A program made the translations under genes and the position numbers. A model generated the notes under the pieces. The model was not told where the DNA came from. It did no database searches and saw only the letters and a program-made list of their open reading frames with translations. A DNA stretch of 64,000 bases from Patescibacteria group bacterium. Lineage in GTDB: Bacteria > Patescibacteriota > Doudnabacteria > UBA920. The stretch covers positions 765 through 64,764 of the forward strand of contig WARV01000010.1 of the NCBI GenBank assembly GCA_013387205.1. The letters run 5' to 3'. Shown here piece by piece: positions 37,865 to 47,265 of this stretch (the stretch's first letter is position 1; every line of letters begins with the position of its first letter).

Positions 37865-37943
37865 AACTTTAAAAAACTCCAATGTTTTAAATATTTATCC
37901 CTCTTCTCCCCCCACGATATCCACAGAAAAATTATTACAACAT

Positions 37944-37984
37944 AAAAAGCCGCCGCGTTCCCCTCCTAAGAAACGCGGGCGGCT
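37944..37984 (-). terminator. Intrinsic terminator at the RT stop
   Basis: GC-rich stem 37949-59/37972-83 followed by TTTTT on the minus strand. Confidence 0.75.
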
Positions 37985-38969
37985 ACCATCCCCAATTAAG
38001 TTGATGGACTCTTTGCCCTAAGGCATCAAACTTTTCCAGCAGTGCATAAGGCAGGGTTTCTTTTATGGCAAAACCCATATAACCTTTTGCCGCCTGCCAA
38101 GCATGGTCATGTTCCAGCCCGTGGTCCAACATGTACTCTAAATGATGCAAAGACTTTCTTAGCGTACGCTTGAACCGTTTGGTATTTGAGATGCTATCCG
38201 AAACGATGTTTAATCCTAACATGCGGCACATGCCGCCATGGCTTATTTGCCGAATCTTATGGACATCAAACATCTTTTTTACTTCTGACAGGATTCCGGC
38301 TCTGGCAAATTTCGGAAATTCCGGTTCCTGGCTACTGAAAAACAAATTATCAGCGTATCGGTTATAGACCAAACAATGCCTGTCCGCCCAGGTTTGCAGT
38401 TTATCATCAAGCGGAGAAAAGCAAAGCTCAAACAAACGAGGACTGGTACAGGCTCCCTGCGGCAATTTGCCACCGCAAGAAAACCATTCCATCCCGGAGG
38501 CATAGGCGCGGGATATGTCACCGACGGTACAAAGATCGGCAATCATCCAAGAACAATAAAACGAAAGCTTGGGCGCGCCGAGCCCATAAACAGCTTTAAA
38601 AACTTGGTTATGGCTGATGGATGAAAAAGCATGCCTTAAATCGAAGCACAGCATCGATTTAAATCCCTTATGGCTTGCCACGGCCTGCCTGCAACTCCCA
38701 CCCATAAACCCAAAACTTTGTATGCTGCTGCAAAACTTTGACAAAATGCTCTTGTTCACCGTATCTTGCACAGCCTTCAGTTCCTTGTTAGGAACAAATA
38801 TTGGCCTTGTGGTTCCATCCTTGTTTGTCTTTTCCCACTTCTTGTAATACAAATGGTGTTTGTTCTGTCTAAGGTTGCCGATAAGGTAATAGAGATTAAA
38901 CTCTTCACTCAGTTTCAGCTTGCCATGTAGCCATGGCAAAGTAAAAACCACTTCACGCTGCTCAAACAT
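37983..38969 (-). CDS. Retron-like reverse transcriptase (328 aa) with YADN motif
   Basis: KDGTTRPIFVP..LKAVQ, SFGF, AVASH (region X-like), FDLRHAFSSI, LPQGACTSP, YNRYADNLFFS, MLG (region Y position); SD AAGGAGG places the start at 38969. Confidence 0.88.
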   Translation of the reverse strand: MFEQREVVFTLPWLHGKLKLSEEFNLYYLIGNLRQNKHHLYYKKWEKTNKDGTTRPIFVPNKELKAVQDTVNKSILSKFCSSIQSFGFMGGSCRQAVASHKGFKSMLCFDLRHAFSSISHNQVFKAVYGLGAPKLSFYCSWMIADLCTVGDISRAYASGMEWFSCGGKLPQGACTSPRLFELCFSPLDDKLQTWADRHCLVYNRYADNLFFSSQEPEFPKFARAGILSEVKKMFDVHKIRQISHGGMCRMLGLNIVSDSISNTKRFKRTLRKSLHHLEYMLDHGLEHDHAWQAAKGYMGFAIKETLPYALLEKFDALGQRVHQLNWGW

Positions 38970-38990
38970 GGAAAGCCTCCTTAAAATTTT

Positions 38991-39110
38991 TTCTGCCGCC
39001 AATCATGCGTTAGAAGAAAAGTAATCGCATACAACTGACGACTGCCAGAGTTCTGACAGCCGGTCCGGACCAACCTAGCGTATGGCTGGACATGTTGACT
39101 GGCGGCAGAA
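38991..39110 (-). ncRNA. Putative retron-type msr/msd RNA (~120 nt)
   Basis: 15-bp terminal stem TTCTGCCGCCAGTCA/TGATTGGCGGCAGAA (one G-U) enclosing three hairpins; begins at the predicted TSS. Confidence 0.75.
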
Positions 39111-39115
39111 GTCTT

Positions 39116-39144
39116 AGTATATAACTTTGAATTAACAATTTCAA
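39116..39144 (-). promoter_or_regulatory. Sigma70 promoter of the ncRNA-RT unit
   Basis: TTGAAA(39139-44)-17-TATACT(39116-21). Confidence 0.8.
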
Positions 39145-39154
39145 GGGTGATATC

Positions 39155-39190
39155 CAAAACAAAAACCTCCGGGGGCACAGCCGGAGGTTT
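39155..39190 (-). terminator. Terminator insulating the RT unit from the upstream gene
   Basis: AAACCTCCGG-loop-CCGGAGGTTT followed by TTGTTTT. Confidence 0.75.
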
Positions 39191-39212
39191 AAAGATATGC
39201 GTACTTTTAATT

Positions 39213-39650
39213 CTATTCTATCAGCATGGAATATAATTTATCCAAACTGAATTTTACGGGAGCCTTTTTTTCGGTGTAGGCTCCGGCTACAGCCGGCCCC
39301 TGGGGCACTGACTGGTAGCTTGCCGGCTCAACAAACTTTTGAAGCCCGGCTATTGCCACTATTGACTCCGAGCTGTTGTCCATGACCCAGCTAGCATTGT
39401 CCTTATACATGGCGTAGTCCGCTTTAACCGGCTCAAACAAATTCATAGCCAAAAAGTTGCTATATGAATTTGCGGCGCTGTCGATTACTGCCACGACTTT
39501 TTCCGGGGCAAACGGGTTAGGCAGCTGGTTTTCCATTCCGGCAAAACTGGCATTGCTCGCTGAAGCTCCGAGCAAGAAGAACATGGAAAACAACGCGACG
39601 CCGGCTAATGACATAACCTTAGCCGGAGTTTCTTCTGTTAAAAATTTCAT
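39213..39650 (-). CDS. Hypothetical exported/membrane-anchored protein
   Basis: N-terminal hydrophobic segment; PAVAGA motif. Confidence 0.7.
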   Translation of the reverse strand: MKFLTEETPAKVMSLAGVALFSMFFLLGASASNASFAGMENQLPNPFAPEKVVAVIDSAANSYSNFLAMNLFEPVKADYAMYKDNASWVMDNSSESIVAIAGLQKFVEPASYQSVPQGPAVAGAYTEKKAPVKFSLDKLYSMLIE

Positions 39651-39845
39651 AATTTACTTTTTCCTTGCGACAAGAAAAACTTTCCCTCCTGCCCTGGCAA
39701 CCCCTCCACGCCCTGCCATTTAATTCGATCCTAATATCCCATCAGTATCGAAATAGCAAGGAGAAGTGTTTGCGCACGCACTCCTTAAGTAGCCAACGCA
39801 AAAAAAGCTTAACTTATCTCTATTTAATTGTATTTTGGTTTTCTT

Positions 39846-39947
39846 GCCCCCACACCAACTGCCGATAAACGCTAAGCTTATCGGATACTCACCGATTATA
39901 ACCAGTCTTGATGCATATCAATACTGATAGAGAATTGGTGTGGGGGT
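39846..39947. repeat. CCCCCACACCAA...TTGGTGTGGGGG inverted-repeat element
   Basis: 12-bp terminal inverted repeats enclosing small hairpins. Confidence 0.65.
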
Positions 39948-40108
39948 GAATTTTTTGTTTCTAATTCGATTTTTCATTGCTATTTTTGCAATGAATCGAC
40001 CTTTATTAAATCTATATATATTATAGCACAAAATAAAAATTTCCGCAAGAGGCGGAAATTTTTTATATTAATATTTGCGTAATCCGCGACATCTGCGCAT
40101 CTGCGAAT

Positions 40109-41296
40109 TTATTTCATTTTCTTTCTTATGAACGCAGGAATATCAAGTTCGTCTTCAGCCTGCTCTTCCGCTTTCACGGTTTCAATCGGCATTACCGGAG
40201 CAACGGGTTTTGGGTTAAACAAAGGCTTCCTGATTTCCATGGCCGGGTTAGCAGCCTGGTGGACTTTCTGTTCCACTTGCGGCCTCTTCTGCTCTTCAGG
40301 GAACATTGCTTGAATGGGAGTCGGCCTCTTGTTGCCTTCGTCAAACCCGGTGGCAATGACAGTAATACGCACGTCGTCGCCCATCTCTTCGTCAATGACT
40401 GCACCAAACTTGACCTTGGCATCTGGATCGATATTTTTGGTAATGACTTTGGCGGCTTCGTCGATTTCAAACATGCCCAAGTTGGGTCCGCCGGTGATAT
40501 TGAACAGCACACCCTTTGCTCCATCGATAGTCAATTCAAGCAAAGGAGAATTAATGGCAGCCCTGGCCGCATCCTGCGCCCTGTTCTCGCCGCTGGCCCT
40601 GCCAATTCCCATGAGCGCGGTACCCGCGTCTTGCATTATACTGCGCACGTCCGCGAAGTCCGCGTTCACTATTCCGTGGGTGGTAATCAAATCGGAAATT
40701 CCGGAAATGCCCTGGCGCAATACTTCATCAACCGTCTTAAAGGCATCAACCAAAGAAGTCTTCTTGTCGATTATTTGTAAGATGCGGTCGTTATGAATAG
40801 AAATTATCGCATCGACTTTATCTTTTAAATTATCGTACCCGGTTTCGGCAATTTCTTTTCTCTTGCTGCCTTCAAAGGTAAACGGCTTGGTGACGACCGC
40901 GACAGTTAAAATGCCTTTGTTCTTAGCCAACTCGGCGACAATAGGTGCGGCTCCGGTTCCGGTCCCCCCGCCCAGCCCGCAAGTGATGAAAATCATGTCA
41001 GCGTTATCAATGACTTCTTCCAGTTCTTCCACCGATTCTTCAGCAGCCTGGCGCCCGAGTTCCGGATTCATGCCGCTGCCTAAGCCCTTGGTAATGCTTT
41101 TTCCAATGTGAACTTTGCGGTCGGACTGGTTGTTGTGCAAAGCCTGGGCATCCGTATTGACAGCAATAAACTCCACGCCTTTAATTCCCAATTCAGTCAT
41201 CCTGTTGACAGCGTTGGTGCCAGATCCTCCGATTCCGAAAATCTTTATTCTGGCAAAAGTTTCGATTTTTGGTTTCACTTCCATAAGTTTCTTCAT
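40109..41296 (-). CDS. ftsZ: Cell division protein FtsZ
   Basis: GGGTGTG, NTDAQAL, LDIPAFIR. Confidence 0.99.
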   Translation of the reverse strand: MKKLMEVKPKIETFARIKIFGIGGSGTNAVNRMTELGIKGVEFIAVNTDAQALHNNQSDRKVHIGKSITKGLGSGMNPELGRQAAEESVEELEEVIDNADMIFITCGLGGGTGTGAAPIVAELAKNKGILTVAVVTKPFTFEGSKRKEIAETGYDNLKDKVDAIISIHNDRILQIIDKKTSLVDAFKTVDEVLRQGISGISDLITTHGIVNADFADVRSIMQDAGTALMGIGRASGENRAQDAARAAINSPLLELTIDGAKGVLFNITGGPNLGMFEIDEAAKVITKNIDPDAKVKFGAVIDEEMGDDVRITVIATGFDEGNKRPTPIQAMFPEEQKRPQVEQKVHQAANPAMEIRKPLFNPKPVAPVMPIETVKAEEQAEDELDIPAFIRKKMK

Positions 41297-41479
41297 TCTG
41301 GTTAAAAATTTAAAGCTTAATTAAGGCGGGCCGGTGGAAAAAATATTGCATACCAGGCCTTTTGTGTCTGCATTATAGCACAAAACCATTATAGCACAAA
41401 CCCTGGTTTTGTCATCCCAAAGATTGTCCTAGAAGCAGTCTTGAAAATTAAAAACCCCTCGGCTTGAGGGGTTAAAAAT

Positions 41480-42730
41480 TTATGGCAGGAATGATTTAAA
41501 CCATTTGCGGATTTTTGCCACGTTTTCGTTATCCAGTATTCCTTTGACCATGCCGCCAAACTTGGCATCGGCAAATCCCGAAGAAGCTTTGCTGCCCCAC
41601 AAGACCAATCCGGCTGCCGTGGCAAATGTCGGGTCATCGACCCGGTCTATTATAGTGTCAATATTTTGCGGATGGCCGATTATGGTCGGCAGGCGCAAAT
41701 GCTTTTTGGAAAAATCAACAATCCCCGGAAGTTTGCTGCCTCCTCCGGTCAAAACAATTCCCGAAGGAAGCTTGCCGTCGCGGTTGATTTTTTTAAGTTC
41801 CGACAGTACGTGGTCGAAAATTTCTTCAAGCCTAGCTTCGATAATTTCTACCACATAGTTGCGCATGGTAATTTCTTCTTCGCCCGTATCAATTTTTGAA
41901 AGATCAATTTCTTCGCCCTTTGCTACAGCTTTAGGATCTGCGTGGCCAAAAAGCAACTTCACTTTTTCCGCAGTCTCAATGCTGCACCTCAGGCCAATGG
42001 CAATGTCGTTTGTTATGTGCATGCTGCCAATGGGCAAAACTGCGGTATGCAGCAAATCCCCTTCTTCATAAACTGCGACTGAAGTCGTGCCCGCGCCCAA
42101 ATCCACCAAAGCCACGCCTAAATCTTTTTGGCGTTTGTTCAAAACGCTTTCGGCCGAAGCGCACGAAGACAAAACCAAATCATCTATTTCGAGTCCCGCC
42201 TGCATGACCGCTCTGCTCAAATTGCGGATAAACGGCAGTCCCGCCTGTACGATTATGGTATCCACTTCCAATCTTATACCGCTCATGGCCAGCGGGTCTT
42301 TAATGCCGGTCTGGCCGTCGAGCGTAAAAGTTTTTGGGAAAACATGCAAGACTTCGCGGTTGTTGGGAATGGAAATGGCCTGGGAAGCGTCGACAACCCT
42401 GACAATGTCGTTTTCGGAAATTTCCCCGTCCGCCCTGGAAACCGCAATCACCCCGTGCGAAGAAACGGAAGAGACATGACTGCCTCCTACGGAAATATTT
42501 GCCGAAACAACCGGCACTCCGGTCATCCTTTCAACTTTTTCCAGAGCTACGGAAATGCACGAGACTGCTTCTTCAATGTCAATAATCACGCCGCGGCGCA
42601 TGCCTGACGCAATCACCTCGCTGGCGCCGATTATGGAAAAACTTCCCTGCTCGGGCTGGAACTTTGCCTGCACGGCACGGATGTACTGCGTGCCGATATC
42701 AAGTCCTGTTATGTAGTGTTCTTTTGCCAT
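41480..42730 (-). CDS. ftsA: Cell division protein FtsA
   Basis: GLDIGT, DLGAGTT, VLTGGG; adjacent to ftsZ. Confidence 0.97.
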   Translation of the reverse strand: MAKEHYITGLDIGTQYIRAVQAKFQPEQGSFSIIGASEVIASGMRRGVIIDIEEAVSCISVALEKVERMTGVPVVSANISVGGSHVSSVSSHGVIAVSRADGEISENDIVRVVDASQAISIPNNREVLHVFPKTFTLDGQTGIKDPLAMSGIRLEVDTIIVQAGLPFIRNLSRAVMQAGLEIDDLVLSSCASAESVLNKRQKDLGVALVDLGAGTTSVAVYEEGDLLHTAVLPIGSMHITNDIAIGLRCSIETAEKVKLLFGHADPKAVAKGEEIDLSKIDTGEEEITMRNYVVEIIEARLEEIFDHVLSELKKINRDGKLPSGIVLTGGGSKLPGIVDFSKKHLRLPTIIGHPQNIDTIIDRVDDPTFATAAGLVLWGSKASSGFADAKFGGMVKGILDNENVAKIRKWFKSFLP

Positions 42731-42736
42731 AAGGTA

Positions 42737-42828
42737 TAATCCTAATGCCCCGAATTAGTATCCGAATGCCCCAAATAATTTCTTCCCTTTTCGGGTCATT
42801 TGGATAGAATTCGTAGATTCGGATTATA
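42737..42828. repeat. Periodic inverted-repeat element, family 'CCGAAT/ATTCGG'
   Basis: Near-identical copy at ~61497-61590; partial copy at ~26440-26495. Confidence 0.75.
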
Positions 42829-43299
42829 TTATTTTAGTTTTTCTTTCAGTATCTTGGCTAGCATTGCTCCATCGGCCAGCAGGCCGACCTTGGCTTTAAG
42901 CTTGCCCATTGCCGGCCCAAAATCTTTGGCCGTAAAATTGTTTTCCGCAATTTCCTTGTCGATAATTTCAGAAAGCTGCGCTTCGCTCATCTGCTGCGGC
43001 AAATACTGTTCCAAAATACCAGCCTCGGAAAGCTCCTTGGCTTCCAGTTCCGGCCTGCCGCCTTCTTTATAAGAAGCCGCCGCCTCTTTGCGGCGCTTAA
43101 CTTCTGACCTGACCAAAACAACAATATCAGATTCTTCCAAATCCTTTCGCCCTTTGGGTGATCCGCCTTTGGCGGACATCTTGGCAATTTTCTCGTTCGT
43201 TATCCGGGTTTTCAATGCGCGCAAAGTGTCCACCTTAAGCTGATCTTTAGCCTTAAGGGCGGCTGTTAAATCCTGTTCAATTTGGGACAATGAAACCAT
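42829..43299 (-). CDS. GatB/YqeY domain protein
   Basis: ALKAKD....LR, R.EA...Y..GGR, YLPQQMSE, KDFGPAMG; in-frame insert SAKGGSPKGRK. Confidence 0.92.
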   Translation of the reverse strand: MVSLSQIEQDLTAALKAKDQLKVDTLRALKTRITNEKIAKMSAKGGSPKGRKDLEESDIVVLVRSEVKRRKEAAASYKEGGRPELEAKELSEAGILEQYLPQQMSEAQLSEIIDKEIAENNFTAKDFGPAMGKLKAKVGLLADGAMLAKILKEKLK

Positions 43300-43381
43300 G
43301 AAAATTATCATAATGAAGTACGAATTAAGAATTATGAATGGGTTTAACCTTAATTCATAATTCCAGATTCATAATTCAATT

Positions 43382-43615
43382 TTATCTTCTGCCGTATTTT
43401 TTTACCGGCTTGCTGAATTTTTTAAATTCTTCTTTTTGCTGTTTGATCTGGGCACGCCTTCTAGCCGCGACTTTTTGCAAATTGCGGGATTTCGGAGCTT
43501 CAAAAAAGCGGATTCTGCGGGCGCGAACCAAGACGCCGCTCTGCTGGATTTTCCTGTTGAAACGGCGCAAAAGGCTTTCAAACGACTCGTTGTCTTTCTT
43601 TTTGACTTCTACCAT
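43382..43615 (-). CDS. rpsU: 30S ribosomal protein S21
   Basis: NESFESLLRRF.RK..QSGVL; upstream of yqeY. Confidence 0.9.
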   Translation of the reverse strand: MVEVKKKDNESFESLLRRFNRKIQQSGVLVRARRIRFFEAPKSRNLQKVAARRRAQIKQQKEEFKKFSKPVKKYGRR

Positions 43616-43990
43616 TAATATCACCTCTTTCTTTAGTATAGACCACTGATACGCAGATAATCGCAGATTACACAGATGCAGTTATCTGCGTCATCAGTGC
43701 AAATCTGTGTATCTGCGGTCTTATTTCTTACCTAACTATAATATATTTCCCGATTTTGGTCAAACGGAACGAGAATTAACCTAATTATTCTAATTTCTAA
43801 TTAACCTAAACAAATCCCAATTTCTAACTACCCAATTTCCTAATTTCTGATATTTTAGTCATTGGTTATTAGTCATTGTTTAGACTAATTAGGTCAATTA
43901 GGAATTAGGTTAATTTACAAAATATTAATCAATAAAAAAGCCTGCCTTGTAAAGGCAGGCCTTAAAAACCTTCTTATGTTCTATGGAAGA

Positions 43991-44326
43991 CTACTCTCCC
44001 ATATTCTTGCCGCCCATCAGGTGCAAGTGTAAGTGCGGGATAACTTGTCCCCCATCACGCCCTACATTGAATACCAATTTATATCCGGTTTCCGAAACTC
44101 CGTACTTCACGCCCATATCCTTGGCTGTTAAAATCATCTTGCCGACCAAACCAGCCTGAGCAGGATCCAAGTGGCTGACAGAAATAATGTGCTGTTTGGG
44201 AATAACCAACAAATGAACAGGAGCTTTGGGCAAAATATCCTTAATAACAATTAAGTCCTGGTCTTCAAAAAGAATTTGGGATTCAATGGTCCTGTTGATG
44301 ATATTGCAAAATACGCAGTCTTCCAT
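43991..44326 (-). CDS. HIT-family hydrolase (HinT-like)
   Basis: DCVFC, PKAPVHLLVIPK, HLHLHL. Confidence 0.95.
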   Translation of the reverse strand: MEDCVFCNIINRTIESQILFEDQDLIVIKDILPKAPVHLLVIPKQHIISVSHLDPAQAGLVGKMILTAKDMGVKYGVSETGYKLVFNVGRDGGQVIPHLHLHLMGGKNMGE

Positions 44327-44591
44327 GGAAGTTATGTTAATATTAATAGGTTCGTAATTATTTAATAATTATTTTTATTACAAAAATTGCAAATTCCTAA
44401 TTATTCTAATTGTTCTAATTGACCCCGGGTCAAGCCCGGGGCAGGCTCTAAATAATGTCTAATGACCCAATGTCTAAAATTTGGATATTAGGATTTAGGA
44501 TTTGTTTAGAAATTAGGTCAATTAGGTTAATTAGAAATTATCCCCGAAACAGCACATTTAAAGGTGAAAATTTACATCAACTTCAAACTCT

Positions 44592-45893
44592 TCACTTACC
44601 TAAACGCTTCTTCACTTCCTCTACTATTTTATCATAAGATATGATTTCCTGCATCCCGCTTTTCACGTCCCGCAAAATTACCATCTCATCCATAGCTTCT
44701 TTTTGTCCCATAATCAAGGCGATAGGCGCTTTAAAGTTTTCGGCCTGCTTAAGCTGGTTCTTAACTCCGCTCTGGCCGAAATGGTCGTAAACCAAAATTT
44801 TCTGGCCGGTCAAATCACGGAACAAGCGCAGGCTTTTTTTTGAGGCCAGTTCGCCCAAAGGAACCAAAAACACATCGCTCTTCTGTTCCCTGGTAACAAC
44901 GACTTTATTGGCTTCCAAAATTTCCTTTATTTTGGCCAGGCTGCCTGAAAATCCAAAACAGCAATAATTTTTTCCGCACAAATTCTGCATTAAGCCGTCA
45001 TGGTATCCTCCCTCGCCAAGCACCCTAGTTTCCCCTTTGTATTTATACTTGATAACGACATTGGTCTTGCTGCTGCCTTCTGGTCCGGCGTACAATGGAT
45101 TGAGTTGGTAAGGGATACCTAATTCATCCAGCGCTTCCAAAATGCTGGTAAAATGCTTGTGCGAATCCTGGTCCAGAAAATCCAAAATGGTCGGAGCCTC
45201 GGAAACCACGGCCTGGCAATCCAAACTATTGCAGCGGAAAACATTTAATACCCTGCCCTGCAAATGTTCGTTGCAATTATCGCAAAGCTCATACTTCTTG
45301 CCGGCCAAAAAATCCTGCAGCGTGTCCTGGTACGCTATCTGACATTCGTCTTTGCCGATATTGTTAATTTCCAAAGTCAAATCTGTAATCCCCAGAGATT
45401 GTAAAAATTCCCAAACCGCGCCTATTACCTGAGCTTCGGTCAAGTGGTTAAAATTCCCGAATACTTCAAAACCGAACTCGTAATCGCTGGCCAACTCCTG
45501 CGACTCGCCTACTTTTTTAACTGCCATCCCGCTATAAAACCATTTGCTTAAAGGCGAAACATCGAAAATTTTATGCTCATAATAAGCGCGCAATACTGAA
45601 GGAAGAATAGAAGAGCGCAGCGCTGCCTGACGGCCGCCTGCCTCGATAGTATGGAAACTGGCAGGCTTGCCCTGGCTGGCTTTGCTTATGTTTTCGTATA
45701 ACCTAGGATCTTCTAAAAGAGGGGTTTCTACCCTGGAAAAACCGTAAATTCGGGAAATTTTATTTAAGCGTTTTATTACCGCATCCCATAAAGAATCGGT
45801 TTCCGTTAAGACATCCGTCATCCCTTCCAGCCTGTAGACTTTTTTTAAAGCCGAATTAGAAGCGAAGGCGCTATTTTTTCTTGGTCTTCCCAT
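44592..45893 (-). CDS. Histidyl-tRNA-synthetase-like protein with degenerate catalytic motifs
   Basis: GMTDVL, YGF..VETPLLE, CxxC...C....C insertion, C-terminal anticodon-binding domain; motif 2/3 arginines and RGLDYY absent. Confidence 0.75.
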   Translation of the reverse strand: MGRPRKNSAFASNSALKKVYRLEGMTDVLTETDSLWDAVIKRLNKISRIYGFSRVETPLLEDPRLYENISKASQGKPASFHTIEAGGRQAALRSSILPSVLRAYYEHKIFDVSPLSKWFYSGMAVKKVGESQELASDYEFGFEVFGNFNHLTEAQVIGAVWEFLQSLGITDLTLEINNIGKDECQIAYQDTLQDFLAGKKYELCDNCNEHLQGRVLNVFRCNSLDCQAVVSEAPTILDFLDQDSHKHFTSILEALDELGIPYQLNPLYAGPEGSSKTNVVIKYKYKGETRVLGEGGYHDGLMQNLCGKNYCCFGFSGSLAKIKEILEANKVVVTREQKSDVFLVPLGELASKKSLRLFRDLTGQKILVYDHFGQSGVKNQLKQAENFKAPIALIMGQKEAMDEMVILRDVKSGMQEIISYDKIVEEVKKRLGK

Positions 45894-45900
45894 AGATTTA

Positions 45901-46040
45901 TCAAATTCTAAATTCTAATATCTAAACTATAAACAATATTTAAACTCCAAATTTCAAAATTCAAAACTATAAAGTTTGGGAATTTGGATTTAGATATTTG
46001 AATTTGTTTAGAATTCAGGATTTAGAGTTTAGAAATTTTA
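45901..46040. repeat. 7-nt-period inverted-repeat element
   Basis: (TCTAAAT)n-like left arm, (TTTAGA)n right arm. Related at ~14265-14328, 43315-43380, 60215-60243. Confidence 0.65.
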
Positions 46041-46047
46041 ATTTTTT

Positions 46048-46650
46048 TTAAAAATTATACTGGGGCCTGGGAATTGTCCCGCTGTTCGGATAAACCCTTA
46101 CCCAAACCCGGCCTACTATATTATTGCCCGGCAGTATCCCCCAAACCCGCGAATCCGAGCTTCCAGTCCTGTTATCCCCGAGCACGTAATATTCATTGCT
46201 TCCCAGTTTGACCGTGTCTGACCGTCCTAAAGTTTCCGTCTGGCTGGTCAAATACGGCTCGCTTAAAACTTCCCCTTCGGGATGGGCCTGGTTGAAAATA
46301 ACAACATGTCCGCCTTGGATTTTTACGCTTTCTCCCGGCAAACCGATAATCCGTTTGATGAAGAATTGGGACGGATCTTTCGGGTACTTCAATACAATCA
46401 CATCCCCCCTCTGTGGAAGATTATTCCTGTAGCTGATCCGGTCAATAATCAAGTAATCCCTGTTGTGGAAATTCTGCAGCATGGACGATCCAGAAACCAC
46501 AAAAGGCTCGGCAATATAATACCTGAAAGGAATTATTATCACCAGGGCAATAACAAGAATTTTTACCAAGTCCCAAATAAAAATCCCGACAGCTTTTAAC
46601 TGCGAGGTTTCGTTGTCTGTTTTTTGGTTTTTATTTTCTTCGGATTCCAT
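46048..46650 (-). CDS. lepB: Signal peptidase I
   Basis: VSGSSM, FIKRIIGLPG, GDNR..S.DSR. Confidence 0.96.
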   Translation of the reverse strand: MESEENKNQKTDNETSQLKAVGIFIWDLVKILVIALVIIIPFRYYIAEPFVVSGSSMLQNFHNRDYLIIDRISYRNNLPQRGDVIVLKYPKDPSQFFIKRIIGLPGESVKIQGGHVVIFNQAHPEGEVLSEPYLTSQTETLGRSDTVKLGSNEYYVLGDNRTGSSDSRVWGILPGNNIVGRVWVRVYPNSGTIPRPQYNF

Positions 46651-46835
46651 AAAGTTTATAAAGATTAATAAAGATACCGTGCTATTCTCTTGGCCCCATA
46701 CCGCTCGCTACGACATAAATGTCGGCTCGGGTACAGGGCATGTACCATTCGTCCGCTTATATGCACAGCTTACAAGATTCGTGGCTGTGCCATGTACCTG
46801 AGCGAGTGAGTGCATCCGAACGAACGAATGGTACA

Positions 46836-46912
46836 TGGTGGACGCGAGAGGGCTCGAACCTCTGACCTCGCCGATGTGAACGGCGCGCTCTAACCAACTG
46901 AGCTACGCATCC
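46836..46912 (-). tRNA. tRNA-Val(CAC)
   Basis: GGATGCGTAGCTCAGTTGGTTAGAGC, CGCCG-TTCACAT-CGGCG, GGTTCGAGCC, CCA. Confidence 0.96.
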
Positions 46913-47265
46913 CCATAAAAACTAATGCTGTCCAAGTATCAACTTTTGATTTTTTGGCCGTCATCTACTTTATTCGACGGCAAATATAGCAAAATTTAAC
47001 AGTAATTCCACCTGAACTTTTTAAAATATAGCACTCTCGGGGCTTCTGTGCAAGATCTATAAGTAAGAAAATTACAAAAATTTAAGCCCTTACCCTAAAG
47101 CTGTATTTATTATATAATTATATCGATAACTAATACAATTACTAATCAACGAATCCATACTAATAATAACTAATGACAGCTAATACTATCTTAAGTACGC
47201 ATTAGTTATCATTTGTTTTATTCGTTGCATTAGTAGATTAGTTAATCCAATTCGCTTATTTTATC

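Noticed and set aside
38970-39002. ORF-track start (TTG at 39002) for the RT
   Set aside because: It lies inside the RNA closing stem; AAGGAGG precedes ATG 38969 at a suitable spacing.
37983-39110. RT as part of a DGR or group II intron
   Set aside because: No TR/VR pair or Avd-like gene seen; no maturase extension or domain V/VI RNA; motifs and upstream inverted repeat fit retron-like RTs better.
46690-46837. Integrated element or att site at tRNA-Val
   Set aside because: Only a local inverted repeat (CATGTACCATTCGT) is present; no duplicated tRNA 3' end or integrase seen in the window.
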